Shown: positions 50,494 through 61,444 of the stretch, in pieces
Position numbering within the stretch: position 1 is the stretch's first letter
How the letters are laid out: every line of letters begins with the position of its first letter
Origin: an uncultured Pseudomonadota bacterium
GTDB taxonomy: Bacteria > Oederibacteriota > Muellerivitia > Muellerivitales > Muellerivitaceae
Length of the DNA: 64,000 bases
Reading direction: 5' to 3'
Assembly: GCA_963843375.1 (NCBI GenBank)
Contig: CAWJKT010000010.1
Coordinates: 105,424-169,423 of the forward strand
Made by a program: the position numbers and the translations under genes
The notes under the pieces: generated by a model
What the model saw: only the letters and a program-made list of their open reading frames with translations
Databases searched by the model: none
Told to the model about the DNA's origin: nothing

Positions 50494-52999
50494 ATGGAAG
50501 CCTATAATTTCACTGAAATCGAAAAGCGTTGGAAAAAACAATGGGTCGAAAAGGGCATCTTTGCCTGCGATCTCTCAAAAACCGATAAAAAATACTATAC
50601 CCTGGTCATGTTTCCTTATCCTTCCGGGGATTTCCTTCACGCCGGCCACGGGCGAAATTACATCATCGGGGACGCAGTCTACCGTTACTTTAAGGCACAG
50701 GGACGTAACGTCTTGAATCCCATGGGCTTCGATGCCTTCGGCCTCCCAGCCGAGAACGCCGCCATTCACAAAGGCATTCATCCCGAGGATTGGACTCTTA
50801 AAAACATTGAGCGCATGAAGGGCCAGTTTTACGATTGGGGAATGGGTTACGACTGGGACAAGGAAGTGGTTTCCTGTCTTCCCGATTATTACCGCTGGAC
50901 CCAATGGATTTTCCTAAAACTTTACGAAAAGGGCCTGGCTTATCGAAAAAAAGCCTATGTCAACTGGTGCCCTTCCTGCCTGACGGTTTTGGCCAACGAA
51001 CAGGTGGTGAATGGCCAATGCGAACGTTGTGACTCCATCGTCGAGCAAAAAGACCTGGAACAATGGTTCTTCAAGATTACGGCCTATGCTGACCGGCTTT
51101 TGAAGGATATCGACCGCCTGGAATCCTGGCCCGATCGGGTCAAAACCATGCAGCGAAACTGGATTGGCAAGAGCGAAGGCGCCGAGGTCCAATTCAAGGT
51201 GGAAGGAAAGAACGAGACCATTACGGTATTCACCACCCGACCTGACACCCTTTTTGGGGCGACCTACATGGTCCTAGCCCCGGAGCATCCCCTGGTATTG
51301 TCTCTTGTGAAGGGAACGGACAAAGAAGCCGAAGTGAAATCCTTCGTGGAAATGGTAAAAAAACAGAGTTCGCAGGATAGGGTAGGGGAGAGCGCTGAAA
51401 AGCTGGGTTTGGAAACGGGAATCCGGGCGGTCAACCCAGTTAACGGAAAATCGATTCCGGTCTACTTGGCCAATTATGTCCTCATGGATTACGGAACGGG
51501 AGCCATCATGGCGGTACCGGCTCACGATACCCGGGACTTCGACTTTGCTCAAAAATACGGCATTCACATTGTTCAGGTGATCGACCCGACGGATGAAGTC
51601 AAACACGCCTGGAAAGCCTCCAATCATACCTACGATCCCAAGGGGGAAGCTTATACGGATGACGGTAAACTGGTGAATTCAGATTTTCTGAACGGCCTGA
51701 ATGTTGAAACCGCGAAGAAAAAAATGACCGCTTGGCTGGAAGAAAAAAAGATGGGGAAAGCGGCGGTAACCTATCGCCTGAGGGACTGGCTCATATCCCG
51801 CCAACGCTACTGGGGAGCGCCCATCCCCATGATTAATTGCGAAGCCTGTGGCTGGGTGTCGGTTCCGGAAAAGGATCTGCCGGTCCTTTTGCCGCGGGCC
51901 ATTGAATTTAAGCCAACCGGAGAATCACCGTTGAAATCGGTCCCGTCCTTTGTGAATGTCTTCTGCCCCAAATGTGGGGGGAAAGCCCGTCGAGAAACGG
52001 ACACCATGGACACCTTTGTGGATTCCAGTTGGTATTTTCTGCGTTACGTATCGGCAAAAAACCAACAAGAAGCCTTCACCACCCCAACAGCAAACAAATG
52101 GCTTCCCGTGGACCAATATATCGGCGGGGTTGAACACGCTATTCTTCACCTTCTGTATTCACGGTTCATTACGAAAGTTTTAAAGGACCAGGGATTCATC
52201 AATTTTGACGAGCCTTTCAAGCGGCTTTTCACCCAGGGAATGATCACCAAAGGCGGGGTTAAAATGTCCAAGAGCAAGGGCAACTCCGTCCAACCCGATG
52301 AGCTGCATCAAAAAATACGGCTCGGATACTTTCCGGCTCTATACTCTTTTTATCGGCCCACCCGAACGGGACGCCGAGTGGGACGACCGGGCCGTGGAAG
52401 GTCCGTTTCGTTTTTTGAACCGTATTTGGAAATTTTTTCAGGAAGTGATGGAAAGACCGGACTTTGCCCAGAGTGAAAAACCCGAAGCCACGACCGAAGC
52501 CGACAAAGAAATCCGACGCAAAACTCACCAAACCATTCAAAAAGTGACGGTGGACATGACCGAAGGTTTCAAATTCAACACCGCAATCAGCGCTATGATG
52601 GAAATGATTAATTTGCTTTATGATTACAAAGAACAACCCGGCGCCAAAACCCCTCTTTTGCGAGAGGCTTTGGAGGCTCTGGTGAAACTTTTAGGGCCTT
52701 TTACCCCCCACGTGGCCGATGAAATGTGGAGCCGTCTGGGCGACGGGAAGAATCTCTTACAAGCCGGATGGCCTCAGTTTGACCCGGCATTGTTAAAATC
52801 CGATGTGGTGGAAATTCCCGTGCAAGTTAACGGCAAGGTGAAAACCAGGGTAAATATCGCCGTGGGATTGGCGGAGGAGACAGTGAGGGACTTCCTATTA
52901 AAAGAGGAAAAAGTCTTGAAGTTTGTCCGGCCCGAAACCGTCCAAAAATTGATTTGGGTGAAGGATAAATTGGCTAACTTTATTGTGAGAACAAATTGA
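50494..52999 (+). CDS. leuS: Leucine--tRNA ligase (one frameshift near 52300)
   Basis: [37 protein letters not shown]; C-terminus FNTAIS, VQVNGK in the second ORF. Confidence 0.95.
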
Positions 53000-53532
53000 A
53001 TACTTATTTCTTAGGTCTGAAATCATTCGGAATTCGGCGATTCGCCTGTTTTTTGCTTTTACTCATTGGCATAACGGGGTGCCACCCCGCCGCCCTGGTC
53101 ATTCCTTCTTACATCCAAAACGTGGGCGTTGACCTTTTTGAAAACCGAACCAGTTACTATGGATTGGATACGATCTTTACCGAGGCCACGATTCGGCAAT
53201 TTCAAATCGACGGAAGGCTACCGATTGAAACGGCGGATAAGGCCGATATGGCCGTAAAGGTCATCATCCGTCAATATATCCGGGAGCCTCAGCTTTACGC
53301 CAATAACACCAATTACGTCCTCGAATACCGTTTGTCCGTTGTCTATGATCTGGCGGCCATCGACCAACGGGAAAAGAAAACGTTCCTTGAGGACACGGGA
53401 AAGGTCCATAGTATTTATTTTTATACTCCCCAATATACGGGAGCGATCCCCGAAACCGAGGACCAGGCGATTACCCAACTTGCCAGTGACATGGCTTACA
53501 CCATTGTCCGCCGTGTTTTAGAAGGAAATTGA
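52996..53532 (+). CDS. lptE: LPS assembly lipoprotein LptE family
   Basis: Lipobox ITGC, FENRT motif, position between leuS and holA. Confidence 0.7.
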   Translation: MNTYFLGLKSFGIRRFACFLLLLIGITGCHPAALVIPSYIQNVGVDLFENRTSYYGLDTIFTEATIRQFQIDGRLPIETADKADMAVKVIIRQYIREPQLYANNTNYVLEYRLSVVYDLAAIDQREKKTFLEDTGKVHSIYFYTPQYTGAIPETEDQAITQLASDMAYTIVRRVLEGN

Positions 53533-53603
53533 CCGGTGTGTCAAGTCAAACGGAACTTAGAATCTGCAATTTTTAGTTTGAAACCAAAAGACGAGAGGTT
53601 GAC

Positions 53604-54326
53604 ATGAACGGATTGAAAATTAAAAATTTCACATTAATTATTTTGGCTCTCATGTCTTTTACTTTGGCGGGAAGCGCAGGAGCTGATCTGGAGTGGATCA
53701 CCGGTGGCGTTCCTAAAAACGCTCCCGACAAGCCCTCTTCCACGGGCGTGAAAGACGCCCCTCCTGAAGCATCCTCCAGCAGTCCGACGGTTAACCAGGA
53801 CATCATCGTGAGCCATTTGATCACCTGCACCAAAATCGTGAACCAATATCCAGTCGACAGCGTAAACTATTTTTATTTAAACAAAAACGATCAAATTTGT
53901 TATTTCGCTTATTTTTTAATCAAACCTTCCAGTCGAATCCATACTGCGACGGTGGAATGTTTTTCACCGACGAATCTTCGTATCGCGAAATTCGACCAGG
54001 AATTCCAGGTGGGATTCACCGACCGACTTTTGACGATCCAGGACGAAACCTACCAATGGTTCCTGGTGGACCTTACCCTGGGGTTGGACCATCTTCACTC
54101 CGAGTATGGCCAAACCGGCTTGCCAAGAGATGTGGGACTTTACACGATCCACTTAAGCGTGGACGGCCAATTGGTGGGAATCACCTTTTTTTATGTGAAA
54201 CCCGAGGAAACTAAAAACGCCACCCCCGTTGCCACCATACCTCCGGCTCCAAATGCCAGCCTCTTGCCCGTAAGAACCCCTTACACCACCCAACCCATTT
54301 CACCCATACCTCAGGGTATCCCTTGA
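53604..54326 (+). CDS. Exported hypothetical protein with Pro/Ser/Thr-rich ends
   Basis: GAGG RBS, signal peptide AGA|D, beta-rich core. Confidence 0.65.
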   Translation: MNGLKIKNFTLIILALMSFTLAGSAGADLEWITGGVPKNAPDKPSSTGVKDAPPEASSSSPTVNQDIIVSHLITCTKIVNQYPVDSVNYFYLNKNDQICYFAYFLIKPSSRIHTATVECFSPTNLRIAKFDQEFQVGFTDRLLTIQDETYQWFLVDLTLGLDHLHSEYGQTGLPRDVGLYTIHLSVDGQLVGITFFYVKPEETKNATPVATIPPAPNASLLPVRTPYTTQPISPIPQGIP

Positions 54327-54358
54327 TCCACTTCGTTTCGTGAAAGAGGAAGGGGACC

Positions 54359-55390
54359 ATGTACTTCGACGACTTTTTAACCCGTCTTAAAAAAAATGAT
54401 TTGCCCCGGGTTCTTTTGCTTTTTGGTGATTCAGAAGGGGTTTTATCCGAAGGCCTTCAAAACATCCGGGAAAAATTTCGCGAAATGGCGCCCGATGGAA
54501 CCTTACAGGTTTTTGACGGACAAGAAATAAACCTTGGGGAAATGTTGATGGCTGCCCAAACATCCTCGCTTTTCGCCACATCTCAGTTACTCGTTTTGCA
54601 GCATGGCGAAAAACTCCTTGGAGGTCATTCGGAGGCGGCTATAGATCGCCTAAAGGATTACTTTTCCAATCCCAATCCTTCTTCCATATTGGTTTTCCTG
54701 GCGCCCGGGATGCGAAAAACCGCGAAAGCGGTAGCAGCCGTGGAACGGATGGGCTGGGCAGTTCAGTGCTCCGATATCCCAGATTGGAAAATGGCGGGCT
54801 GGCTAAAACAACAGGCTCAAACCGTTGGGCTCCAACTTCCCGAAGACGCGGCCCAACTCTTGATCCAAAAAGTTGGGTCCGACATCGCTTATCTCAAAAG
54901 CGCCCTGGAGCAACTTTCCATTTACGCCCATCCGCAAAAATCCATTTCGCATCAATTGGTAATGGAGCTTCCTGTTCCCGGGATAGAATCCGGTATATTT
55001 CAATTTTTGGATGCGGTTGGGCTGCGTCAAACCGAAAAAGCTCTCAAAGTGTTGAACCAGTTGGAAGACGGAGTGGACGCCGGAACCGTCATCATGCTTT
55101 ATGGAAGGGTTCGGGAACTGCTTTTAATCGCCCTGGGTCGGTCGAAAGGCTGGGACCAAACGAAGACAGCCGAGAATCTGGGTTTGCATCCCTTTCGACT
55201 TAAAAGTCTTTGGGATCAAGCCGCCCAATTCTCCGTGGAAGATCTCAAAAACGCCTTAATGGATTTAACACATCTTCAAGCGGGGGTTGTCACAGGGCGA
55301 TTGGGCAAAGCAGTGGCCCCGGTTTATCTGGAATGTTGGGTTTTAAAGTGGGGAAAAAACCGGATGGCCCTGAAAGCGGCCACCCGGTGA
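54359..55390 (+). CDS. holA: DNA polymerase III delta subunit
   Basis: LLFGD, SLFA..QL, LEQLSIY, IFQFLDA, LGLHPF; leuS-lptE-holA-rpsT context. Confidence 0.85.
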   Translation: MYFDDFLTRLKKNDLPRVLLLFGDSEGVLSEGLQNIREKFREMAPDGTLQVFDGQEINLGEMLMAAQTSSLFATSQLLVLQHGEKLLGGHSEAAIDRLKDYFSNPNPSSILVFLAPGMRKTAKAVAAVERMGWAVQCSDIPDWKMAGWLKQQAQTVGLQLPEDAAQLLIQKVGSDIAYLKSALEQLSIYAHPQKSISHQLVMELPVPGIESGIFQFLDAVGLRQTEKALKVLNQLEDGVDAGTVIMLYGRVRELLLIALGRSKGWDQTKTAENLGLHPFRLKSLWDQAAQFSVEDLKNALMDLTHLQAGVVTGRLGKAVAPVYLECWVLKWGKNRMALKAATR

Positions 55391-55392
55391 TT

Positions 55393-55653
55393 TTACTTTT
55401 TGAACTTTTTGTGGATAAAAGACGAAAGACGGGAAACTTTGCGGGAAGCGGTGTTTTTCTTAAGAATCCCGTGGGATTGGGCCTTATCCAGGACATGCAT
55501 GGCTTCCTTCAGCTTTTGGGCCGCTTCTTCAGCTGTTTTGGCGGCAAGAACGGCCTTCATGGCAGTGCGGAGTTTGTTCTTTTCAGCGGAATTACGCGCC
55601 GTACGCGTTTTAGTGCGGCGGACGTCTTTGATCGACGACTTAATGATCGGCAT
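55393..55653 (-). CDS. rpsT: 30S ribosomal protein S20
   Basis: MPIIKSSIK.VR...RN...K.KLRT, LDKA...GILKKNTASRKVSRL. Confidence 0.95.
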   Translation of the reverse strand: MPIIKSSIKDVRRTKTRTARNSAEKNKLRTAMKAVLAAKTAEEAAQKLKEAMHVLDKAQSHGILKKNTASRKVSRLSSFIHKKFKK

Positions 55654-55720
55654 GGATCCTCCAAAAAATTAATCAGCGGCTTCCTAAAATGGAGGCATAT
55701 CGTAAACGAAGGGGGAGACA

Positions 55721-57358
55721 GTGTCAATCACGGTTCCATCACCCCAGTCTGAGCCGAGCCAAAATGACGCGAAGACCCGTTTGGGCGGGCATTTTCGACT
55801 GGTCACAACCGCCACGTCCATCAGCCGTATCGCGGGATATTTGCGAGATACCTTGAACGCGAATCTTTTTGGCGCGGGTCTGGTTTCCGACGCCTACTTT
55901 ATGGCGGTACGAATACCCAGCCTGCTTAGGGACCTATTTGCGGAAGGTGCTCTTTCGAACGCTTTCGTTCCCGCCCTGACGGCCCGGTTAGAGAAGGAAG
56001 ACCACCAAGACGCTTGGGAATTGATGTCTCAAGTTTTTTCACTTTTATTCCTCGTAACGGGTTTGTTGACGGCCTTGGGTATTCTTTTGGCCCCTCAAGT
56101 GGTGGGAGTAATCGCCCATGGTTATGTGAAAGATGTCGACAAGTTTCAGCTGACCATTCAGTTGACCCGCATCTTATTTCCGGTCTTGATGTTTGTTTCT
56201 TTTGCCGCTCTTTGGATGGGAGCCCTCAATTCCATGCACCGCTTTGCGACACCGGCGTTCGCTCCCGTGTTCATGAACTTGACGCAAATAGCCATGGGAA
56301 TTGCGCTTTTGAAGTTTTGGAAAAGCAACAACCCGCAAGAGGAAATCCGGAACATACAATTATGGGCCTGTTCCATGACCCTTGGGATGTTTTTTCAGTG
56401 GATTTCGCAACTTCCAGAGGCTTGGAAGGCTGGAATCAAGGTCGTTTGGTCCTGGCCTCCCCGACATCCCGGAATCGGGGAAATGATGAACCTCATGGGA
56501 CCCGCCATCGTCAGCCAGTCAGTCCTGCAAGTCAACTTACTGGTTAACCAGTTCTTTGCCTCCTTCCTCACTACCGGCTACGTCAGTTATCTTTATTATG
56601 GAAACCGGCTTTTCCAACTACCCTTTGGAATTTTGGGAGTTTCCATCGCCACCGTGACCTTTCCGCTTTTGGCCCGCCAATCCAACACCGGAAAGATGGA
56701 AGAATTTTCACAAACCTTAAGCCGGGCGTTATCTGCGGGGTTATTTCTGATGATCCCTTGCACCGTGGGAATTTGGATCGTGGCCAAACCGGCATGCCGG
56801 CTGGCCTTTGAATATGGCCGCTTCACTCCTGAGGCGACGCAAATGGCCGCCGAGGCAACGGCTCTATATGCTCTTGGCTTGGTGGGATATACCGGCGTCA
56901 AGATACTTTTACCCGCTTACTACGCCCGTCGCAATGCCCGTAAACCCCTTGCTACATCCTTGGCGGCGATAACGGCCAATGCCGGATTAAACCTTTTGGC
57001 ATTTTTAACCGTGAATGATTCCCACATCCGTTTTTGGGGATTGGCGCTGGCTTCCGTCCTGGGTTCCTTAATCAACTTAATTCTTCTTCTATGGGGAATT
57101 GAAAAAATCAACATCCATCTGGATTGGAAATTTTTGAGGTTGGAAGCGCTAAAGATCTTATTGGCCTCCACGCTGATGGGCCTCGTCACTTGGGTCACAC
57201 TTCAAGAAATCACAAAAATTCATTTACCCGGTAGCCGGCTTTTTGATTTTCTAATTCCGGTAATGCTTGGGGGAATAGTATATTTCGGTTTGGCAAAAAC
57301 GCTGAGACTTAATGGGTTGGAGTGGGTTTTGGGACGGGCCAAGGGCAAGGTCGCGTGA
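55721..57358 (+). CDS. murJ: Lipid II flippase MurJ (MviN)
   Basis: SRIAGYLRD, RIPSLLRDLFAEGALS.AFVP, RLFQLPFG, YGRF. Confidence 0.95.
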   Translation: MSITVPSPQSEPSQNDAKTRLGGHFRLVTTATSISRIAGYLRDTLNANLFGAGLVSDAYFMAVRIPSLLRDLFAEGALSNAFVPALTARLEKEDHQDAWELMSQVFSLLFLVTGLLTALGILLAPQVVGVIAHGYVKDVDKFQLTIQLTRILFPVLMFVSFAALWMGALNSMHRFATPAFAPVFMNLTQIAMGIALLKFWKSNNPQEEIRNIQLWACSMTLGMFFQWISQLPEAWKAGIKVVWSWPPRHPGIGEMMNLMGPAIVSQSVLQVNLLVNQFFASFLTTGYVSYLYYGNRLFQLPFGILGVSIATVTFPLLARQSNTGKMEEFSQTLSRALSAGLFLMIPCTVGIWIVAKPACRLAFEYGRFTPEATQMAAEATALYALGLVGYTGVKILLPAYYARRNARKPLATSLAAITANAGLNLLAFLTVNDSHIRFWGLALASVLGSLINLILLLWGIEKINIHLDWKFLRLEALKILLASTLMGLVTWVTLQEITKIHLPGSRLFDFLIPVMLGGIVYFGLAKTLRLNGLEWVLGRAKGKVA

Positions 57359-57909
57359 AAAGTCGAAGTTGGTTTTTGAGTGCAAAGTGGGGATTTTTCC
57401 GAACAACCGGTGGATGGTGCGCGGCCGCTTGGACCCGCAAGGGACTTTCGGTTTTGGTATTACCACAAAAAAGCAGGGCCCAAGCCTTAAAAAGGATTCA
57501 TGAATATTTGCCCCCGGTTCCCGAAAACTTCTGGATTACCCCGCCTGCGAAGGTTCCTCAAAAATTTCAACGCCAAACCCGGGCCGCCTTAAAGGGCAAC
57601 CCCTTTCGCATGACCGATTTTGACCTTTCTTTCCTCACCTCATTTCAACAAAGGGTTTTGGTCGCTACCTGTCAAATTCCATGGGGACAGTTCCGGACTT
57701 ATGGCTGGGTCGCAAGAAAAGCAGGGTCTCCCCGAGGCTTTCGTGCTGCGGGTCAGGCCTTAAACCGTAACCCCATTCCCATCTTCATTCCCTGTCATAG
57801 AGTTATCGCGGCGGATAATCAAATCGGTGGTTATGGAGGAGGCCTCAAATGGAAGAGAAAACTCTTGAAAAATGAAGGCGTAACGGTAAATCAAAGCCTC
57901 GTATGGTAG
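57355..57909 (+). CDS. ogt: Methylated-DNA--protein-cysteine methyltransferase
   Basis: FQQRV, IPWG..RTYG, RAAG.A..RNP, IPCHRV, GGYGGG. Confidence 0.9.
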   Translation: MKSRSWFLSAKWGFFRTTGGWCAAAWTRKGLSVLVLPQKSRAQALKRIHEYLPPVPENFWITPPAKVPQKFQRQTRAALKGNPFRMTDFDLSFLTSFQQRVLVATCQIPWGQFRTYGWVARKAGSPRGFRAAGQALNRNPIPIFIPCHRVIAADNQIGGYGGGLKWKRKLLKNEGVTVNQSLVW

Positions 57910-57966
57910 TTACAGAGCCGAAAAGCTTTGATAAAATACCAACCTACGACTTTTCTAGGGGGCCTG

Positions 57967-59775
57967 ATGCTTCAGGGGAACATTGATAAATACAAGCTCC
58001 TCGAGATCAAGGGAAGCGGCACTTTTGGAACGGTTTGGTTGGCCGAGGATACCTGGATCGGGAAAAAAGTAGCAATTAAAATCCCCCACAATCAAAAAGA
58101 AGAATTCACCACCCTCATTGCGGAACCCAAGCTTTTGGCTTCCCTGGACCACCCCAATATTGTCCAAATCCTAACCGTGGACAAAGCCGAAAACATCTTT
58201 TTCATGGTCATGGAGTATGTTGACGGGAAAAACCTGGCCCAATTGATCCAGGAAACACCTCTCACCTACAAAGAAGCTGTTGATATTGTCATTCAAATTC
58301 TAACAGCTCTCCAATATGCCCATGAGAAAAACGTCATCCATCGCGATCTGAAACCCGGTAACATCCTCCTCACTTCCGATCGAAAAGCGAAGATTACCGA
58401 TTTCGGGACCGCCTTCATTCAAGCGGGAAAAACCGGTGCGGGAATCGGCGGAACCCTTTATTACATGGCTAAGGAACAAGTCCTGGGCCACCCGGCAAAA
58501 GCCTCGGACGTCTATTCGGTGGGAGTCATTCTTTATGAGATGGTGACCGGGAAACTTCCCTTTTATGACGAAGTTCCGATGGTGGTCCTGAACAAAATAT
58601 TGAAAGATGACGTACCCGAACCCCACAAAATGAATCCCAGCATACCCAAAGAACTAGAAGCGGTTATCATGAAGGCACTGCAAAAAGAGGTCTCGAAACG
58701 ATATCAATCCGCTTTTGAAATGAAACAAGACTTGGAAAAACTTCCACCTGGAATTCTCACAGCCCCAATCGGAATCGGAAGCAAAACCCAAGACGTCCTC
58801 ACTCACACCATTATTCAAGAGGCCGATAAAAAACAAGCCATCAAAGAAGTGGGGGACATCAACACCCTTAGGTATCAGGGCTACCATTACAAGTTGGTCC
58901 GAACAATCGGGACTCGGGGTAAAGAAGAAGGAAATTTTATTTCCCCGGTGGGGGTGGCCGTCGATTCCCAAAAGAGAATTTATGTTTGCGACTCCATGAA
59001 ATGCTGCGTCCAGGTTTTTGATTTTGAGGGAAAAATCCTTTACTCAGTCGGAAAATTCGGGAAAGAAGTGAGTGACCCTAAAGAGGTTTCCTTTCTCATG
59101 CCCGCTTCAGTTGCGGTGGACCAAGGAGGAAATTTAGTCGCCTTGGATGCCAAGACCTGCAACGTCCAGATTATTGGGAAAATGGGCCAGCTTCTGGCGA
59201 AATTCGGGGAACCTGCTTCTCCAACCACGGGAAAAATAGAAATCGGAACGGGGGGCTTTTTCCATCCCCAAGCACTGGCGTTAGACGATAAGGATAATAT
59301 TTATGTTTCCGACACGGGAAACCATCGTATCCGGGTTTTTAATCCCGCGGGAAAGGTTTTGAATAAATTCGGTATTCAGGGGGCCCGTTTGGGCGAATTT
59401 AATTGTCCCGCCGGATTGACGTTGGATAACGCTCAAAATTTGCTGGTAGTGGATGAAAAAAACTACCGCGTTCAAATTTTCACCACAAAAGGTGTATTTA
59501 AAAACAAATTCGGGAAGAGGGGAACGGGCCGGGGAGAGTTTTCCGCTCCTATCGGCGTTGCCACCGATTCCAAACGAAATATTTTCGTGACAGACCGGGA
59601 TATGAGGATTCAAGTTTTCGATCCCGAAGGGTATTATTTAACTGAATTTGGGACGCCCCAGGGCAATTACAAAATAGCGCCCAAGTATTATGGCCTGACC
59701 ATCGACGCCGAAAACAATCTCTATGTTACGGATATCGCCAATTGTTCCGTTTTAGTTTATGCTTTGAAGAAATGA
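57967..59775 (+). CDS. Hanks-type Ser/Thr kinase fused to a six-bladed NHL beta-propeller
   Basis: GSGTFGTV, VAIK, HRDLKPGN, DFG, SDVYSVG; six F..P.G.A.D..N.YV.D-type repeats; no TM. Confidence 0.92.
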   Translation: MLQGNIDKYKLLEIKGSGTFGTVWLAEDTWIGKKVAIKIPHNQKEEFTTLIAEPKLLASLDHPNIVQILTVDKAENIFFMVMEYVDGKNLAQLIQETPLTYKEAVDIVIQILTALQYAHEKNVIHRDLKPGNILLTSDRKAKITDFGTAFIQAGKTGAGIGGTLYYMAKEQVLGHPAKASDVYSVGVILYEMVTGKLPFYDEVPMVVLNKILKDDVPEPHKMNPSIPKELEAVIMKALQKEVSKRYQSAFEMKQDLEKLPPGILTAPIGIGSKTQDVLTHTIIQEADKKQAIKEVGDINTLRYQGYHYKLVRTIGTRGKEEGNFISPVGVAVDSQKRIYVCDSMKCCVQVFDFEGKILYSVGKFGKEVSDPKEVSFLMPASVAVDQGGNLVALDAKTCNVQIIGKMGQLLAKFGEPASPTTGKIEIGTGGFFHPQALALDDKDNIYVSDTGNHRIRVFNPAGKVLNKFGIQGARLGEFNCPAGLTLDNAQNLLVVDEKNYRVQIFTTKGVFKNKFGKRGTGRGEFSAPIGVATDSKRNIFVTDRDMRIQVFDPEGYYLTEFGTPQGNYKIAPKYYGLTIDAENNLYVTDIANCSVLVYALKK

Positions 59776-59782
59776 GATTCCG

Positions 59783-61354
59783 ATGACCACATCCACCACT
59801 CCCGAGCCAGCCATTCCCGGAAGAATTGTTCTTACGCCGCCAAAATCGGGTGGAAAACCACAAATTATCATTACGGTTCTGGCCGGTCCCGAACAAGGGC
59901 ATGTTTTCAAAATCGCTCGGCCTACAACGACGATGGGTCGTTCCAACACCTGTGAGGTGGTCATTACCGACCCTTTGGTTTCCCGCCAACATTGTCAAAT
60001 TTTATTGGGAATGGGAGGGATAACCCTTAAAGATTTGGGCAGTACAAACGGCACTTTCCTGAATGGCGTAAAAGTTAACGAAAGTCCCTTACGAAACCAG
60101 GATGTTATTTCCGTCGGAGGTACGAGGTTACGCTTCGCGGTTGAGGTAACCAAAGATGAGACGGATTCGAAGACGCCCAAAATCGATGAGTTAGCCCATA
60201 AAAAACTTTTAACGCTTTACGAAGTCGGAAATATCGTCAATTCGGTACTAGAACTAAAAACCCTTTTAAACATCATCATGGCCATGGCTATCAAGGTCAT
60301 GCAGGCCAACCGCGGATTCCTGCTTTTAAGGGAAAAAACCGGAGAACTGAAACCTGTAGCCACTCATGCTTTGACGCCAGCGGAGGCGCAGGCACCTTAT
60401 AGCCAAACCATCGTGGACACGGTCTTAAAAGAAAGGGTTCCAGTGCTGGTTCTGGACGCCGTTCATGATGTCCGTTTCGCCAACAGGGACAGCCTCAAGG
60501 CTCTGCCGCTTTCTTCGGTCATTTGCGTGCCCATTTGGGAAAGAGAAAATATCGTCGGGGTTATCTACGTCGACAAGGCGGAAGGAACCACCACCTTCAA
60601 CGAAGAGGATATGTACTTCCTTTCGGCCTTCGCCAACCAAGCGGCGGTGGCCATAGCCAACGCCAAGCTCTTTGACGACGTGAGAAGGGAAGAGCGCCTT
60701 CGGACATCACTCCAGCGGTATCTTTCACCCAACATTGTGGACGACATGGTTCAAAATAACGATATTGCCAGTTCCCTGGGCGGCGCCAAGAAAAAAATTT
60801 CCGTCTTATTCTGCGATATTCGGGGATTCACGACCTTGACTGAAAAAGAACCTGTGGAAACGATCGTTAGTCTTTTAAATGAATATTTCAGTGCGATGTC
60901 GGACGTGATTTTTGCTAACCACGGCACCTTGGATAAGTTCATCGGCGATGCCATCATGGCCATTTATGGAGCGCCTTTGGAATTGGCAGATGGTGCTTAT
61001 AAATGTGTAAAAACAGCCATTGAAATGAGAGCCAAGTTGGCCCTCTTAAATGAAAAGTGGAAGACCGAAAAGAAACCTCAAATTCAAGTCGGGTACGGTA
61101 TCAACACGGGGGAAGCCATCGTGGGCAACATCGGTAGCGAACGACGAATGGAATATACCGCTATCGGCGACATGGTTAATGTCGCGGCTCGGGTAGAAGG
61201 GGAAACAGAGGGAAACCAAATATTTGTAACCGAAGAAACCTTTCAGGAATTGGGAAATCGCGTGCAAGTTAAAAAGCTTAACGCCGCCAAGCTCAAAGGT
61301 AAAACTTCCAAGGTCCAAATTTACGAAGTTACAGCATTAAATCCTGTTCCTTAA
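59783..61354 (+). CDS. FHA-GAF-class III adenylate cyclase
   Basis: FHA: GR, SRQH, DLGSTNGT; GAF: ICVPI, GVIYVD, FANQAAVAI; cyclase: LFCDIRGFT, DKFIGD, YTAIGD.VNVAAR. Confidence 0.92.
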   Translation: MTTSTTPEPAIPGRIVLTPPKSGGKPQIIITVLAGPEQGHVFKIARPTTTMGRSNTCEVVITDPLVSRQHCQILLGMGGITLKDLGSTNGTFLNGVKVNESPLRNQDVISVGGTRLRFAVEVTKDETDSKTPKIDELAHKKLLTLYEVGNIVNSVLELKTLLNIIMAMAIKVMQANRGFLLLREKTGELKPVATHALTPAEAQAPYSQTIVDTVLKERVPVLVLDAVHDVRFANRDSLKALPLSSVICVPIWERENIVGVIYVDKAEGTTTFNEEDMYFLSAFANQAAVAIANAKLFDDVRREERLRTSLQRYLSPNIVDDMVQNNDIASSLGGAKKKISVLFCDIRGFTTLTEKEPVETIVSLLNEYFSAMSDVIFANHGTLDKFIGDAIMAIYGAPLELADGAYKCVKTAIEMRAKLALLNEKWKTEKKPQIQVGYGINTGEAIVGNIGSERRMEYTAIGDMVNVAARVEGETEGNQIFVTEETFQELGNRVQVKKLNAAKLKGKTSKVQIYEVTALNPVP

Positions 61355-61444
61355 TCTTTTTCATTAATCCTCCTAAGACCTTTAAAACAACCGTACTTTT
61401 GACTAAATTGAGCTTGCGCTATCCCGATTTGACCACTGGAATCC

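Noticed and set aside
52290-52330. Split leuS (alpha/beta) or programmed frameshift
   Set aside because: Single-base slip just after KMSKS with no convincing RBS or slippery signal; same error type as elsewhere.
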